Made by a program: the position numbers and the translations under genes
The notes under the pieces: model-generated
Seen by the model: the letters and a program-made list of their open reading frames with translations, nothing else
Told to the model about the DNA's origin: nothing
Database searches by the model: none
Assembly: GCF_004010195.1 (NCBI RefSeq)
Contig: NC_057718.1
Span: 66,898,179-66,962,178, forward strand
From: Chiloscyllium plagiosum
Lineage: Eukaryota
Length of the DNA: 64,000 bases
Direction of reading: 5' to 3'
Shown: piece by piece, positions 1 to 11,290 of the stretch
How positions within the stretch are numbered: position 1 is the stretch's first letter
How the letters are laid out: every line of letters begins with the position of its first letter

Positions 1-547
1 TGAACGGAGGAGATTTTAAATTTCCTTTTTTTATTTTATTAAACAGTACAGTTTATAAACAATTAATATTAACAGCCATATAGAGAGAAACAGCAGGTTA
101 CAAGGGAGAGGAGTGACAAAGCCAAACCCCAAACCCCTCCATTCAACCAGTTTTCAGGGACATGAGGACAAACCACAAATTCCGCTTTCAGTCATCACAA
201 AATAAGCAAAAACAGGTACATACAAGAAGTCCAATTAGATAAGAAACAGTGCATACAATATAGACACCCTACCCCCCAGGAGCCCAGCAAGCCTCCCATC
301 CCTCCCACCTTCCAGCCACCAAAAGGCAGCCTGCCCCTACACCCCTTTCAGCTCTCAGTTCATCCTGGGGCAGCCTACCCCCCTTCAGGTTCACAGGACA
401 GCCTACCCACCCTCCAGCCCTCCAGGTAACAGCTTTCAGGACAACCTATGAGCCTCCCAGCTCACAGTAAGGCCTACCAGACCCAGGGACACAAGACAGT
501 GCAGGTGATAAGCCCAACAAGCAACAAGACAATCAATTATCAATAAA

Positions 548-875
548 CAGAGTCCCTTCTGGTACAGAGTTCATTTCTGTAATCAGTCCTCTTCAAAACA
601 GAGTCCATTCCCAGGAACAGGGTCCACTCCAGTATATAAAGTGCATTGTGAGAAATAGAATCCACTTCAAACTGCAGAGTCCATTGCCAAAAACAGAGTC
701 CACTACTGAGGGCAGAGTCCACTCCTGAAGGCAGCAAATGCACACCCCACAGCACTCAGGTGTTCAGTTTCCATCGAGTTTTGGCCCATCCATAGAAGAC
801 CAGGCCCACTCACAGGAACATAGTACATTATGAAGGTGCAGTTAACTCACAGGGGTTTTGTCCACTCCCAAACTC
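548..875. repeat. Degenerate 17-19 bp minisatellite (core CAGAGTCCACT)
   Basis: Core motif starts at 548, 565, 582, 599, 618, 637, 656, 675, 694 and 713, with weaker units near 800, 819, 837 and 856. Confidence 0.7.
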
Positions 876-1323
876 CAGGACACAGCAAATGCTCACCTCC
901 AAGCACGTACACAGAGACCTACCCACAGGAACAGTTCATCTGGAAAGGTGTTTTTTCTGGATGTGGGTTTGCTCACTGAGCTGGAAGGTTCATTTCCAGA
1001 CGTTTCATCACCATAACTAGGTAACATGTTCAATAGGCCTCCAGGCGAAGCACTGCTGATAATTCCTGCTTTCTATTTATATGTTTGGGTTTCTTTGGGT
1101 TGGTGATGTCATTTCCTGTGGTGATGCCATTTCTTGTGGTGATGTCATTACCTGTTTATTTTCTCAGGGAGTGGTAGATGGGGTCTAACTTGATGTGTTT
1201 GTTGATAGAGTTCCAATTGGAATGCCATGCTTCTTGGAATTCTCGTGTGTGTCTCTGTTTGGCTTGTCCTAGGATGGATGTGTTGTCCCAGTCGAAGTGG
1301 TATCCTTCCTTATCTTTATGTAA

Positions 1324-1504
1324 GGAGAAAGTGAGGTCTGCAGATGCTGGAGATCAGAGCTGGAAATGTGTTGCTGGAAAAGCGCAGCAGGTCAGGCAGC
1401 ATCCAGGGAACAGGAGAATCGACGTTTCGGGCATAAGCCCTTCTTCAGGAAGGGCTTATGCCCGAAACGTCGATTCTCCTGTTCCCTGGATGCTGCCTGA
1501 CCTG
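1324..1504. mobile_element. Short fold-back Penelope pLTR-derived insert nested in the Penelope element
   Basis: Near-perfect hairpin centred at about 1446. Flanked by direct repeat cttatctttatgtaa(gga) starting at 1309 and 1505. Confidence 0.85.
1421..1448 (-). ncRNA. Minimal hammerhead ribozyme motif (PLE type)
   Basis: Minus strand reads CTGAAGA-A-GGGC-TTAT-GCCC-GAAA-CG-TC: CUGANGA box, stem II, GAAA box, very short palindromic stem III, UC cleavage site. Confidence 0.7.
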
Positions 1505-2145
1505 CTTATCTTTATGTAAGGATAGTAGTGAGAGAGAGTCATGTTGTTTTGTGGCTAGTTTATGTTCATGTATCCTGGAAGCTAGTTTTCTGCCTGTTTG
1601 TCCAATGCAGTGTTTGTTACATTTCTTGCAAGGTATTTTGTAAATGACATTAGTTTTGCTTGTTGTCTGTATAGGGTCTTTCAAGTTCATTAGCTGCTGT
1701 TTTAGTGTGTTGTTGGTTTTGTGGGCTACCATGATGCCAAGGGGCCTGAGTAGTCTGGCAGTCATTCCTGAGATGTGTTTGATGTAGGGGAGAGTGGCTT
1801 GGGTTTCTGGACATGTTTTGTCTGCTTGTTTGGGTTTGTTGCTGAGAAATCGGTGGACTGTGTTCATTGGGTACCCATTCTTTTTGAATACACAGTATAG
1901 GAACTATGCAGAGCAGAGGAAAATCATCTATATCTAGTATGGTGATGAAACGTCTGGAATTGAACCTTCCAGCTCAGTGAGCAAATCTACATCCAGAACC
2001 TGAGTTACAAATCTTCTCAAAACTTGCAAAGATGTATTTTCTCACAGGGGCTCAGTCCAAACACCAAAAGAGTGAAAACACATTCAAAAAAAAGAAAACT
2101 AGAATGCAATGGCTAAGCCCTGCCACAAAATCAGCACAGTTTTAG

Positions 2146-2424
2146 ATTTTTTTTAGATTTTAGATTCCCTACAGTGTGGAAACAGGCCCTTCAGCCCACA
2201 CCGACCCTCCGAAGAGTAACCCACCCAAACCCATTTCCCTCTGACTAATGCATCTAACACTATGGGCAATTTAGCATGGTCAATTCACCTGACCTGCACA
2301 TCTTTGGACTGTGGGAGGAAACCAGAGCACCCAGAGGAAACCAATGCAGACACAGGGAGGATGTGCAAACTCCACACAGACAGTCGCCCAAGGCTGGAAT
2401 TGAACCTGGGACCCTGGTGCTGTG
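2146..2424 (-). mobile_element. HE1-type tRNA-derived V-SINE, 5' truncated
   Basis: Reverse complement of the SINE body (ggtttcctcccacagtccaaagatgtgcagg), B-box GGTTCAATTCC, ttaga-repeat tail. Confidence 0.85.
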
Positions 2425-2734
2425 GTTCTTTTCTCAATAAAAGAGAAAAGAGTCACACACAAGCTGTAGCAAGCCAGTGAAACAACAGTTCCCTAATGAG
2501 GACTGAGTTACACCTGAAACATATTGACCATGTAAATCAGACAGTTTAGAATTCAGTCCTCAATAAAAAAGGAACACCAGTTAACAAAACTGGCTTTGTA
2601 AACCAGGAAATAGGTTCTCCCAAAACAAAGCAGGAACCAACAGCAGCAGTAACATACTGACTGTGGCCCAGCCAACACAGAGTCAGTCCCCTAGTTTAAG
2701 GGGATTCTAAATCTCCTGTTTATATTTCTTCTTT

Positions 2735-3105
2735 ACTTTTTGTTTTTCCCCACATGATCACATGTTTACATTTTCTCCAGCGGCCATGTTATGTGTGTAC
2801 AGATGTGAGACACAGTGAAAGACACAAGGTGTATAAATCTTTTTTCATTTTCCACCAGCAGCAAAAAAGGAAACACCAAAGTGGCCAGTGACAAGCAGTG
2901 CTCTTCTCAACAAAGGGCAATGCTAAGTGATCATAAAAGTGGAAGGGAGGGCAGGGATTAAATCAAAATAGAGTTGGAGGGGGAAATAAAGCACTCCACT
3001 CCCTGCAGTTCCCACATCTCCCTGAACAGTTCAAGGGTGTTGGTTCCTTTTCCAGGAACACCCGGGCTCGAATGTGACCACAGAAGACAGGCAGGCCCAG
3101 GTTAA
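2735..3105 (-). mobile_element. Tx1/L1-clade LINE 3' end
   Basis: Homologous to 54530-55005 (shared gtgacaagcagtgc, aatcaaaatagagttggag and ccaggaacacccgggctcgaatgt blocks). Confidence 0.6.
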
Positions 3106-4325
3106 CAATCCTAATCAAAAACCTTGTAGTACATGGTCTCAATCACTACAGTTTATTTCCATGCTGTATGACTCTATGATCCATCAATGTTAGGACCTTT
3201 AAAGGAAAACAACATTATACACAGACCGTGTACTGCAGAGGATATAGACATGCAGGATCTCTAATTCCTAGCCATCCTGAGGTATTAGAAGTCTTTTTAA
3301 GATGCACCTCACTGCCCCTAACATTGCTGACCACCACACTGTACATTTGCACATAGAGACCTGGGAAACAATTGTAGGACAATTGGCAATAGTCACCGCA
3401 GGACTTGCTTCCTGTATACTCCTTGTTTATCTCGTTTCTGCAGGCTGTAGCAGGCTGTCAAGATAGACATTAATCCTTGGTCCATTCTTTGTGGCCATGA
3501 GGTTAGACATCGTGCTCGCAAAGTTACATTTGGGACTACACAGAGAGATAAACAACCATATCTAAGATTAAAACAGTGCATTTTATAGAAACATAGCAGG
3601 TAGTGTACAGTGCATTGTCAGCCTTGCCACCATAGCGCCCTCAAAAAGGGTATGTTGTTTGTCACCTCTCCTATTACACCTTATTGTAGTCCCTGGTTCT
3701 GTAGCTATGATGGAGGGTACCTGTATAGCAGTGGATGTTTGATTGGGTGACCCCAGGACATTTGTGCCTGGATGGTTTGCTTATTCATTTGCTTAGCCAT
3801 TTAAGCTTTGCTATATTGATCTTTGCTAGAGGCTGTTGGACATTTTCATTAATCCATGATATGAATATATCTAAGATGTAGTGTGAAGAAGAAAATTGCC
3901 TGCTGTTTCAGTTTGGCAGGCAGCTGTTGCTGGGGAGCTTCCCCAGTGCTGGGACAATATGAGGAGTTGTCTGATGTTGCTGTTTGCCCACTGCCCGCCC
4001 CTTCCATTCTGCCACCCATGGGCTTGTAAAATTCTACCAAATGTTTCAGGGAATTATCTTTCAGTTTCTGGTTTTGCATGAGAGTACTATTTCTGCTGAA
4101 AAATCATAAACAGCATACGATACCTCTGTCATTCCAGGTGTTGCCTGCTCCACTGGGTATTGAAAGCAATTTCTGGTTTTATTTCAGATTTCCAGGAATA
4201 CTTTTCGGAAGAAGAACCATACAAGACTCACAATGTTAACTCCATTTCTCTCTCTACAGCTGCTCAGTTTCTCCAGTATTCTCTGGATTTCTTTCAGTAC
4301 TTTTCTTCTGTTGGAATAATGCTAA

Positions 4326-4527
4326 TGACGTAACTCCATGAAAGCTGTATCCCTTCAAGTCACCTTTTATTTACACATGCATAGTATATGGCACTGACCC
4401 AGCTAGCTCGGAGCTGGATCCTAGAACCCCTGACACTTCTGTTTATATCTGACAGCCAGGACACCCTGCCCAATCAGGGAACTCATTTTGTGAGGTCCAC
4501 CTGTCTGACCTCATTCCAATAACTACA
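4326..4527. repeat. Short interspersed repeat with TG...CA ends (possible small solo LTR), second copy at 59947-60173
   Basis: Shares caagtcac..ttattta, cagggaactcat and ctgacctcatt...ctaca blocks with 59947-60173. No clear TSD. Confidence 0.5.
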
Positions 4528-4613
4528 GTTATTTGTATTTCTTTTTGAATTCTGTTTCTATCCTGTAATTGAAAAACAGTTTAACACTAATGTTTGTTTT
4601 TATTTCTACACAG

Positions 4614-4707
4614 AACCAATCTATAAGGGTGCAATATACGTTTGCTATTTTCAGGGCTCTTAGTCATATGATGTGTCTTGATTATGCTGCTCTTCAATTA
4701 CCTGAAG
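4614..4707 (+). CDS. Divergent HCN-family (HCN-like) channel, exon encoding pore helix and selectivity filter
   Basis: Pyrimidine tract plus CAG acceptor at 4611-4613, donor G|GTAAAA at 4708. Translates NQSIRVQYTFAIFRALSHMMCLDYAALQLPE(G), which aligns with HCN [29 protein letters not shown]. Starts in phase 0, ends in phase 1. Confidence 0.92.
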
Positions 4708-4794
4708 GTAAAAGTCATGTATCTTTAAATGTTTACATTATTAATCAAGACTTAAACAGATTGATTGTTTTTAATCTTTTGTTTTTATTGTAAA

Positions 4795-5565
4795 CATATG
4801 TATTTTGGAAAGGCAATTCAGGGCAGGAATTGTACACTGAATATTAAGGTTCTGGGAAGTGTTGCTGAAAAAAGAGATCTTGGAGAGCAGGTTCATAGTT
4901 CCTTGAAAGTGGACAGGTTAGTGAAGAAGGAGTTTGGTATGCTTGACTTTATTGGTCTGTGCATTGAGTGTAGATTTGGGAGGTCATGTTATAGCTATAA
5001 AAGACATTGGTTAGACCACTGTTGGAATAATGCAGTCAATTCTGGTCTCCCTGCTATAGGAAGGATGTTGTGAAATTTGAAAGAGTTCAGAAAAGATTTA
5101 CAAGAATGTTGCCAAGATTGGGGGGTTTGAGCCATAGGGAGAGTCTGAATAGGCTGGGGTTATTTTCCCTCAGGCATTGGAAGCTGAGGGGGCCTTTTGA
5201 AGTTTATAAAATCATAAAGGGTTTGAATAGGGTGACAGTAAAGGACTTTTCCTCCGTGTAGGAGAGTCCAAACCTAGAGGGCATGGGTTTAAGGTGAGAG
5301 GGAGAAGATTTCAAAGGGGCCTAATGGGCAACCTTTTAAAGCAGAGAGTGGTGCGCCTGTGGGATGAGCTGCCAGAAATAGCGGTGAAGGCTGTTACAAT
5401 TACAACATTTAAAATGCATCTGGATAGGTATATAAATAGGAAGGGTTTAGAGGGATATGGACCAATTGCTGACAAATGGGACTCGATTAATTTAGGATAT
5501 CTGGTCAGCATGGACAAGTTGCATCAAAGGGGCTGTTTCCATGCGGTACAACTCGATGACTCTAT
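4795..5565 (+). mobile_element. CR1 LINE 3' end, decayed
   Basis: Fragments FERVQKRFTRMLP..LNRLGLFSL and QRVVRLWDELP, typical of the CR1 ORF2 C-terminus; frameshifted. Confidence 0.9.
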
Positions 5566-5719
5566 ATAAACTGTCAAAGAAAATTCTTAACGAATCGTGT
5601 CTGGTCCTGGCAGCTGTTAATCTTATCAGATGATGCTTTGTGTGACATTTGTGCGATCATCACACTTGTGTAGCTCGGGAACTCTGCAGTGATATTGCAG
5701 TTAGGGTTAGACCATTCAG

Positions 5720-7695
5720 TTTCATAGATTCATACAGCGTAGTAAAGGTCCTTTGGCCCATTGAGTCTGCACCAACATAACTACCACTAAAGTTCACTAA
5801 TCCCAATTTTCTACAATTGTCCCATATCCTTGAATGCTATGATATTAGAAGTAATCATTCAAATATCTTTTAAAGATTGTAAGATTTCCAGCTTCCACTA
5901 CTTTCCCAGGCAGTGTCTTCCAGATTCTTAGCACCTGCTGAGTGAAAAGCTTTTTCCCAAATTCTTTCTGAATCTCTTTCTCCATACATTAAACTATGCC
6001 CTCTTGCAAGTGACCCCACAACCAACAGCTGCTGTCTATTCACCCTGTTCATACCCCTCATAATCTTATACACTTCAATCATGTCTCACCTCAGTCTTCT
6101 CTACTTTAAAGCAAACAATCCAAGCCTACCTGGTCTCTCCTTATAGCTCAATTTCTCTATCCCAGGCAACATCTGGTGAACCTCCTCTGTACTCCCTCCA
6201 GTGCACAGTGTACTCCAGTTGCGGCCTGATCAACGCTATGTAAAAGTCCAACATTACCTCCTTGCTCTTATACTTGTTATGACACAGGATAAAGCCTCCT
6301 GCTTAATTTAAACCAGCAACACAGAAAAGATTCATCCTATGCAGTAATCTGTGAAAATTCGAGAGGCCAAAAACTATTTAAAGTAAAAATTAACAACTTT
6401 ATTTCTTAAAGTATAACAGAGAATAATTAACTAGCAACTATTTACAACTCCTTCCTCTAACCTCTCTTTTACTTTCCCTTCTAGAAGACTAATCCGATAA
6501 AACCCCTGATTAAGATTTACTGAAAAATTCAAATTTTAGAACCAGCCAGTGGTCGAATCTTCTTGTTATTACTTCCTCTGTCAATTTGCTCTCCAGGTTG
6601 GTGTTGATGTTTTTCTCCTTCTCTAGACAGATACCTCTCAGAGAGTTCTGACTAGCAGCCTACATCTGTTGGTCTTTTGGCATTCTCCCCCAGCTGTTCA
6701 ATGTTTCCCGGTCTGATACCCCCAAAGCATCGGATTGAGTCATTGGCTTTTAATATTGCCATTATATTAAATTCAAACTTGATTGGAGTTTGTTTTTTTT
6801 TTGGTGGGTATAATTTATACTGATTGGTCTAATTCAAATTTGTTTTTGTCTCCAGGCAACCAGCTGCACTAGCTGCTGGATCAAAAGGTTACATTGTATC
6901 TTGTTATCTGTACCTTTCTTAAAGGTACAGTACACTCACATCTTCATAACATATTCTATGCCATGACTGATAAAAGCAAGTGTCCCAAAGGCTCTCAAAA
7001 GTATCCTATTCACATGCTTTGCCAATTTTAGGGATCTGTGAGTAATTACCCCAAGATCCCTCTTGGTCCTCTAAGCTTCCCAGTGTCTTGCCATTAATTT
7101 AATACTCCCTCATCTTGTTTGTTCTTCCAAAATGCATCACCATGCACTTATCAGAGTTATACACCATCTGCCACTGGTCTGCCCATCTAACCAACCCATC
7201 TACATCTTCCTGGAACCTACAACCATCTTCTTCACTACTAGCCACTCTACCAATCTTGGTGTTATCAGCAAATTTGCTTAACATGCCCCCCACATTTTCA
7301 TTTATATCATTTATGTATATAACAAACAATAAGGGTCCCCGTACTGATCCTTGTGGTATATACTGGACACTGGCCTCCAGTCATTCAAACAGCCTTCTAC
7401 CACTACCCTCTGTATCTTATTGCTAAGCTAGTTTCTGATCCATCTCACCAGTTTTCCTCAATTCCATATCCTATAACCTTCTCAATCAGTCTCCTGTGTG
7501 GGACCTTGTCAAAAGCATTGTTAAAGTCCATATAAACTACATCAACTGAACTTCCCTCATCTGCATACTTGATCACATTTCAAAAATTTGCAACAACTTT
7601 GTTAAGCATGACTTCTCTCTGACAAAGCCATGTTGACTATCCTGAATTAAGCCATGTCTTTCCAAGTGGGTATTAATTCACTCCTTTAGAATTTA
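5720..7695 (-). mobile_element. CR1 LINE (RT to 3' end), interrupted by a solo LTR
   Basis: Minus ORFs FVIYINDI..SKFADNTKIG and IEVYKIMRGMNRV. Confidence 0.88.
6275..6951. mobile_element. Solo LTR
   Basis: Termini TGTTATGA...TCATAACA form a perfect 8 bp inverted repeat. 4 bp TSD tact/tatt. The CR1 sequence resumes seamlessly on both sides. Confidence 0.8.
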
Positions 7696-7809
7696 ATAAT
7701 TCAAAACCTGATTTGAATTCCATTGATTAAAAACTGTCCTTAGTTTCTTTCTCAATTGTACAAAAAACCTAGCTACCAGTATTTATGTCAAGATGAATGC
7801 CATGATTAT

Positions 7810-10478
7810 GATGATGAACAGCCAGTTGTCATGTTGCACATAGGTACCAATGATATCGGTAAGAAACAGGATGAGGTCTTACAAGCAGAATTTAGGGAGT
7901 TAGAAGCCAAGTTAAAAAGTTGGGCCTCAGAGGTTTTAATCTCAGGATTGCTGCCAGTGCTATGTGCTAGTCAGAGTAGAAATGATAAAACAGGCAGGAT
8001 GAATGAGTGGCTTGAGAGATGGTGCAAAAGGAAGGGTTTCAGACGTTAGGGACATTGGGATCTGTTCTGGGGGAGGTGGGACTTTACAAATGGGATGGTC
8101 TACACTTGGGCAGAACTGGAATCAATCTCCTCGGGGGTGCTTTTGCGAGCACTGTTGGGGAGGGTTTAAACTATTGTGGCAGGAGGATGGGAACTAAATG
8201 AGGAGGTTAGTGGACAGTAAGGAGACAGTAACTAAAGCCTGTAAGGAACTAGATAATGAAGTCAGCTTGATTAAGGGGAAGAGTAGGCAGGGATCAGATG
8301 ATGAATGCTAAGGGACAGGTGGTCTGAGGTGCATTTGTTTTATGCAAGAAAATGCAGTAGGTAAGGCAGATGACCTTAAGGCTTGGATTAGTACCTGAGA
8401 GTATGATGTTATTGCTGTTACCGAGACTTGGTTGAGGGAAGGGCAAAATTGGCAACTAAATATCCCAGGATATAGATGCTTCAGGCGGAATAAAGGGGAG
8501 GTGGAGGAGTTGCATGACTGGTCAGAGAGGATATCACAGGTATGCTGATGAAGGGCACTATGGAGGACTTGAGCAGTGAGGCAATATGGGCAGAGCTCAG
8601 AAATAGGAAGGGTGCAGGCCTCCCAACAGTGATTGCGAGGTAGAGATACAAATATGTAAATAGACTATGGAAAAACGTAGGAGCAACGTAGGTGGTGGTG
8701 ATAGGAGATTTTAATTTTCCCAACATTGACTGGGATTCACTTAGTTTTAGAGGTCTAGATGGAGCAGAATTTGTAAGGAGCATCCAGGAGGGTTTTACAG
8801 AGTAGTATGTAAATCCTCAAACTCAGGAAGGGGCCACACTGGACCTGGTGTTGGGGAATGAGCCCAGCCTGTTGGTTGAAGTTGTGGTAGGAGATGATTT
8901 TGGAAATTGTGATCACAATTCCATAAGTTTTAGAATACTCATAGTCAAAGACGACAGTGGTCCAAAAGGAAGAGTGCTAAATTGGGGGAAGGCCAACAAT
9001 AGCAAAATTCGGCAGGAGTTGAGGAATATGGATTGGATGCAGTTGTTTGAGAGTAAATCGACATTTGATATGTGGGAAGCTTTTAAAGAGAGGTTGATTA
9101 GCGTGCAGGACAGACATGCCCATATGAAAATGCGGGATAGAAATGGCAAGATTAGGAAACCATAGATGACAGGTGAAATTGTGAGACTAGCTAAGAGGAA
9201 AAAGGAAGTATATATAAGGTCTAGGCGACTGAAGACATACGAAACTTTCGAAGAATATTGGGAAGGTAGGACCAATCTGAAACGAGGAATTAAGATGGCT
9301 AAAATGGATTATGAAATATCTGTAGCAAACAGGGTTAAGGAAAATCCCAAGGCCTTTTATTCACATATATGGAGCAAGAGGACAACTGGAGAAAGGGTTA
9401 GCCCACTCAAGGACAAAGGAGGGAAGTTATTTGTGGACTCAGAGAAAATAGGTGAGATTCTTATTGAGTGCTTTGCATCGTTATTCACCGAGGGACATGA
9501 TGGATGTTGAGGTTAGGGATAGATGTTTGATTACTCTTGGTAAAGTCAGCATAATGAGGGAGGAAGTGTTGGATATTGTAAAAGGCATTAAAGTAGACAT
9601 ATCCCCAGGACTGGATGGGATCTATCCCACGTTACTGAAGGAAGCAAGAGAGGAAATAGCTGGGGCCTTAACAGATATCTTTGCAGCATCCTTGAACATG
9701 TGTGAGGTCCCAGAGGACTGGAGAATTGCTAATTTTTACCCTTTGTTGAAGAAGGGTAGCAAGGATAATTCAGGTAATTATAGACCAGTGAGCCTGACAT
9801 CAGTGGTAGGGAAGCTGCTGGAGAAGATACTGAGGGATAGGATCTATTTACACTTGGAAGAAAATGGACTTATCAGTGATAGGCAGAATGGTTTTGTGCA
9901 GGGAATGTCATGTCTTACCAATTTATCAGAATTCTTTGAGGAAGTGACAAAGTTGATTGATGAGGCGAAGGGCTGAAGATGTCATATACATGGGCTTCAG
10001 TAAGGCGTTTGATAGAGTTCCCCATGGTAGGCTGATGGAGAAAGTGAAGTCGCTTGGGGTGCAGGGTGTACTAGTCAGATGGATAGAGAACTGGCTGGGC
10101 TGCAGGACACAGAGTGTAGTTGTGGAAGGAAGTTTCTCAAAATGGAGAACTGGGATCACTATTGTTTATGATATGCATAAATGATCTGGAGGAAGGTATA
10201 GGTGGTCTGATTATCATGTTTGCAGATGATACTAAGATTGGTGGAATAGCTGGGAGAATGCAGCAGAATGTAGATAGATTGGATAGTTGGGCGGAGACAT
10301 GACAGATGGAGATCAATTCCAACAAATGCAAGGTCATGCATTTTGGAAGATTCAATTCAAGAGCGGACTCTATGGTAATTGGAGAAGCTCTGGGTAAAAT
10401 TGGTGTACAGAGAGATCTGTGTGTTCAGGTCTATTGTTCCCTGAAGGTGGCAACGCAAGTCGATAGAGTGGTCAGGTA
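7810..10478 (+). mobile_element. CR1 LINE with ORF1 esterase end plus ORF2 APE and RT, decayed
   Basis: SGNH-type motifs VMLHIGTNDI and WDGLHL, endonuclease remnants (GDFN and DH motifs), RT NYRPVSLTSVVGKLLEKI, FSKAFDRVPH and FADDTK. Multiple stops and frameshifts. Confidence 0.92.
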
Positions 10479-10671
10479 AAGGCTGAGCCCCATCATCTCT
10501 GATTATATGTAGTCCTTTAAAAGATGGTCACTTAAGCCATTCCTGACCTTACATTGATGCCATCAGGGAAGAATCTTAAAGGCACTCTTTTTGATCTCAG
10601 TTTGATTCTATTTGCCACAGAAAGATTTGGACAACCTCTGCAATCACACTATCAATTCTAATTGGCCGTAT

Positions 10672-11290
10672 CAAAGAACAAAGAAAATTACAGCACAAGA
10701 ACAGGCCATTGGGTCCTCCAAGACGGCGCTAATCCAGATCCTCTATCTAAACCTGTTGCCTATTTTCTAAGGATCTGTATCCCTCTGCTCCCTGCCCATT
10801 CATGTATCTGTCTAGATACATCTTAAATGACACTATCGTGCCCGCCTCTGCTGGCAACATGTTCCAGGCATTCCACAACCCTCTGTGTAAAGAACATTCC
10901 ATGCATATCTCCATTAAACTTTTCCCCTCTCAACTTGAACTTGTGACCCCTCAATTGATCTCCCACTCTGGGAAAAAGCTTCTTGCTATCCACTTTGTCT
11001 ATACCCCTCATGATTTTGTAGATCTCAATCAGGTCCCCCCTCAACCTCCCTCTTTCTAATGAAAATAATGCTGATCTACTCAAACTCTCTTCATAGCTAG
11101 CGCCCTCCATACCAGGCAACATCCGAATGAACCTCCTCTGTACTGTCTCCAAAGCATTCACATCCTTTTGGTAATGTGGCAACCAGAACTGTATGCAGTA
11201 TTCCGAATGCTGCTAACCAAAATCCTATACAATTGTAACATGACCTGCCAACTCTTTTACTCAATATCCTGTCCAATGTAAGCATTCCAA
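10672..11290 (-). mobile_element. CR1 LINE 3' end
   Basis: Minus ORF LETVQRRFIRMLPG..RLRGDLIEIYKIMRG. Confidence 0.9.

Larger units (their letters stand above)
959..2027 (-). mobile_element. Penelope-like element (GIY-YIG region) with inverted terminal pLTR copy
   Basis: Minus ORF 1445-1867 contains NVIYKIPCKKCNKHCIGQTGRKLASRIHEH (GIY-YIG). 959-1020 is an inverted repeat of about 1935-1995. Flanked by aaaggtgttttttct (944-958) and aaagatgtattttct (2028-2042). Confidence 0.85.

Noticed and set aside
548..875. CRISPR-like array (conserved core with variable spacers)
   Set aside because: Units are only 17-19 bp in total, cores are degenerate, the context is vertebrate and there are no cas genes; it is a minisatellite.
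959..2027. DNA transposon with terminal inverted repeats
   Set aside because: The internal sequence encodes a GIY-YIG domain and the inverted ends are pLTR copies, which indicates a Penelope-like retroelement.
1..4613. Upstream S4/S5 exons
   Set aside because: No HCN-like S4 or S5 translation was recognised; the region is mostly repeats.
4569..4793. 74 aa single-exon protein from the ORF track
   Set aside because: Only 4614-4707 resembles HCN and it is bounded by splice sites; the rest is intron read in frame. The same holds for ORF 24076-24426.
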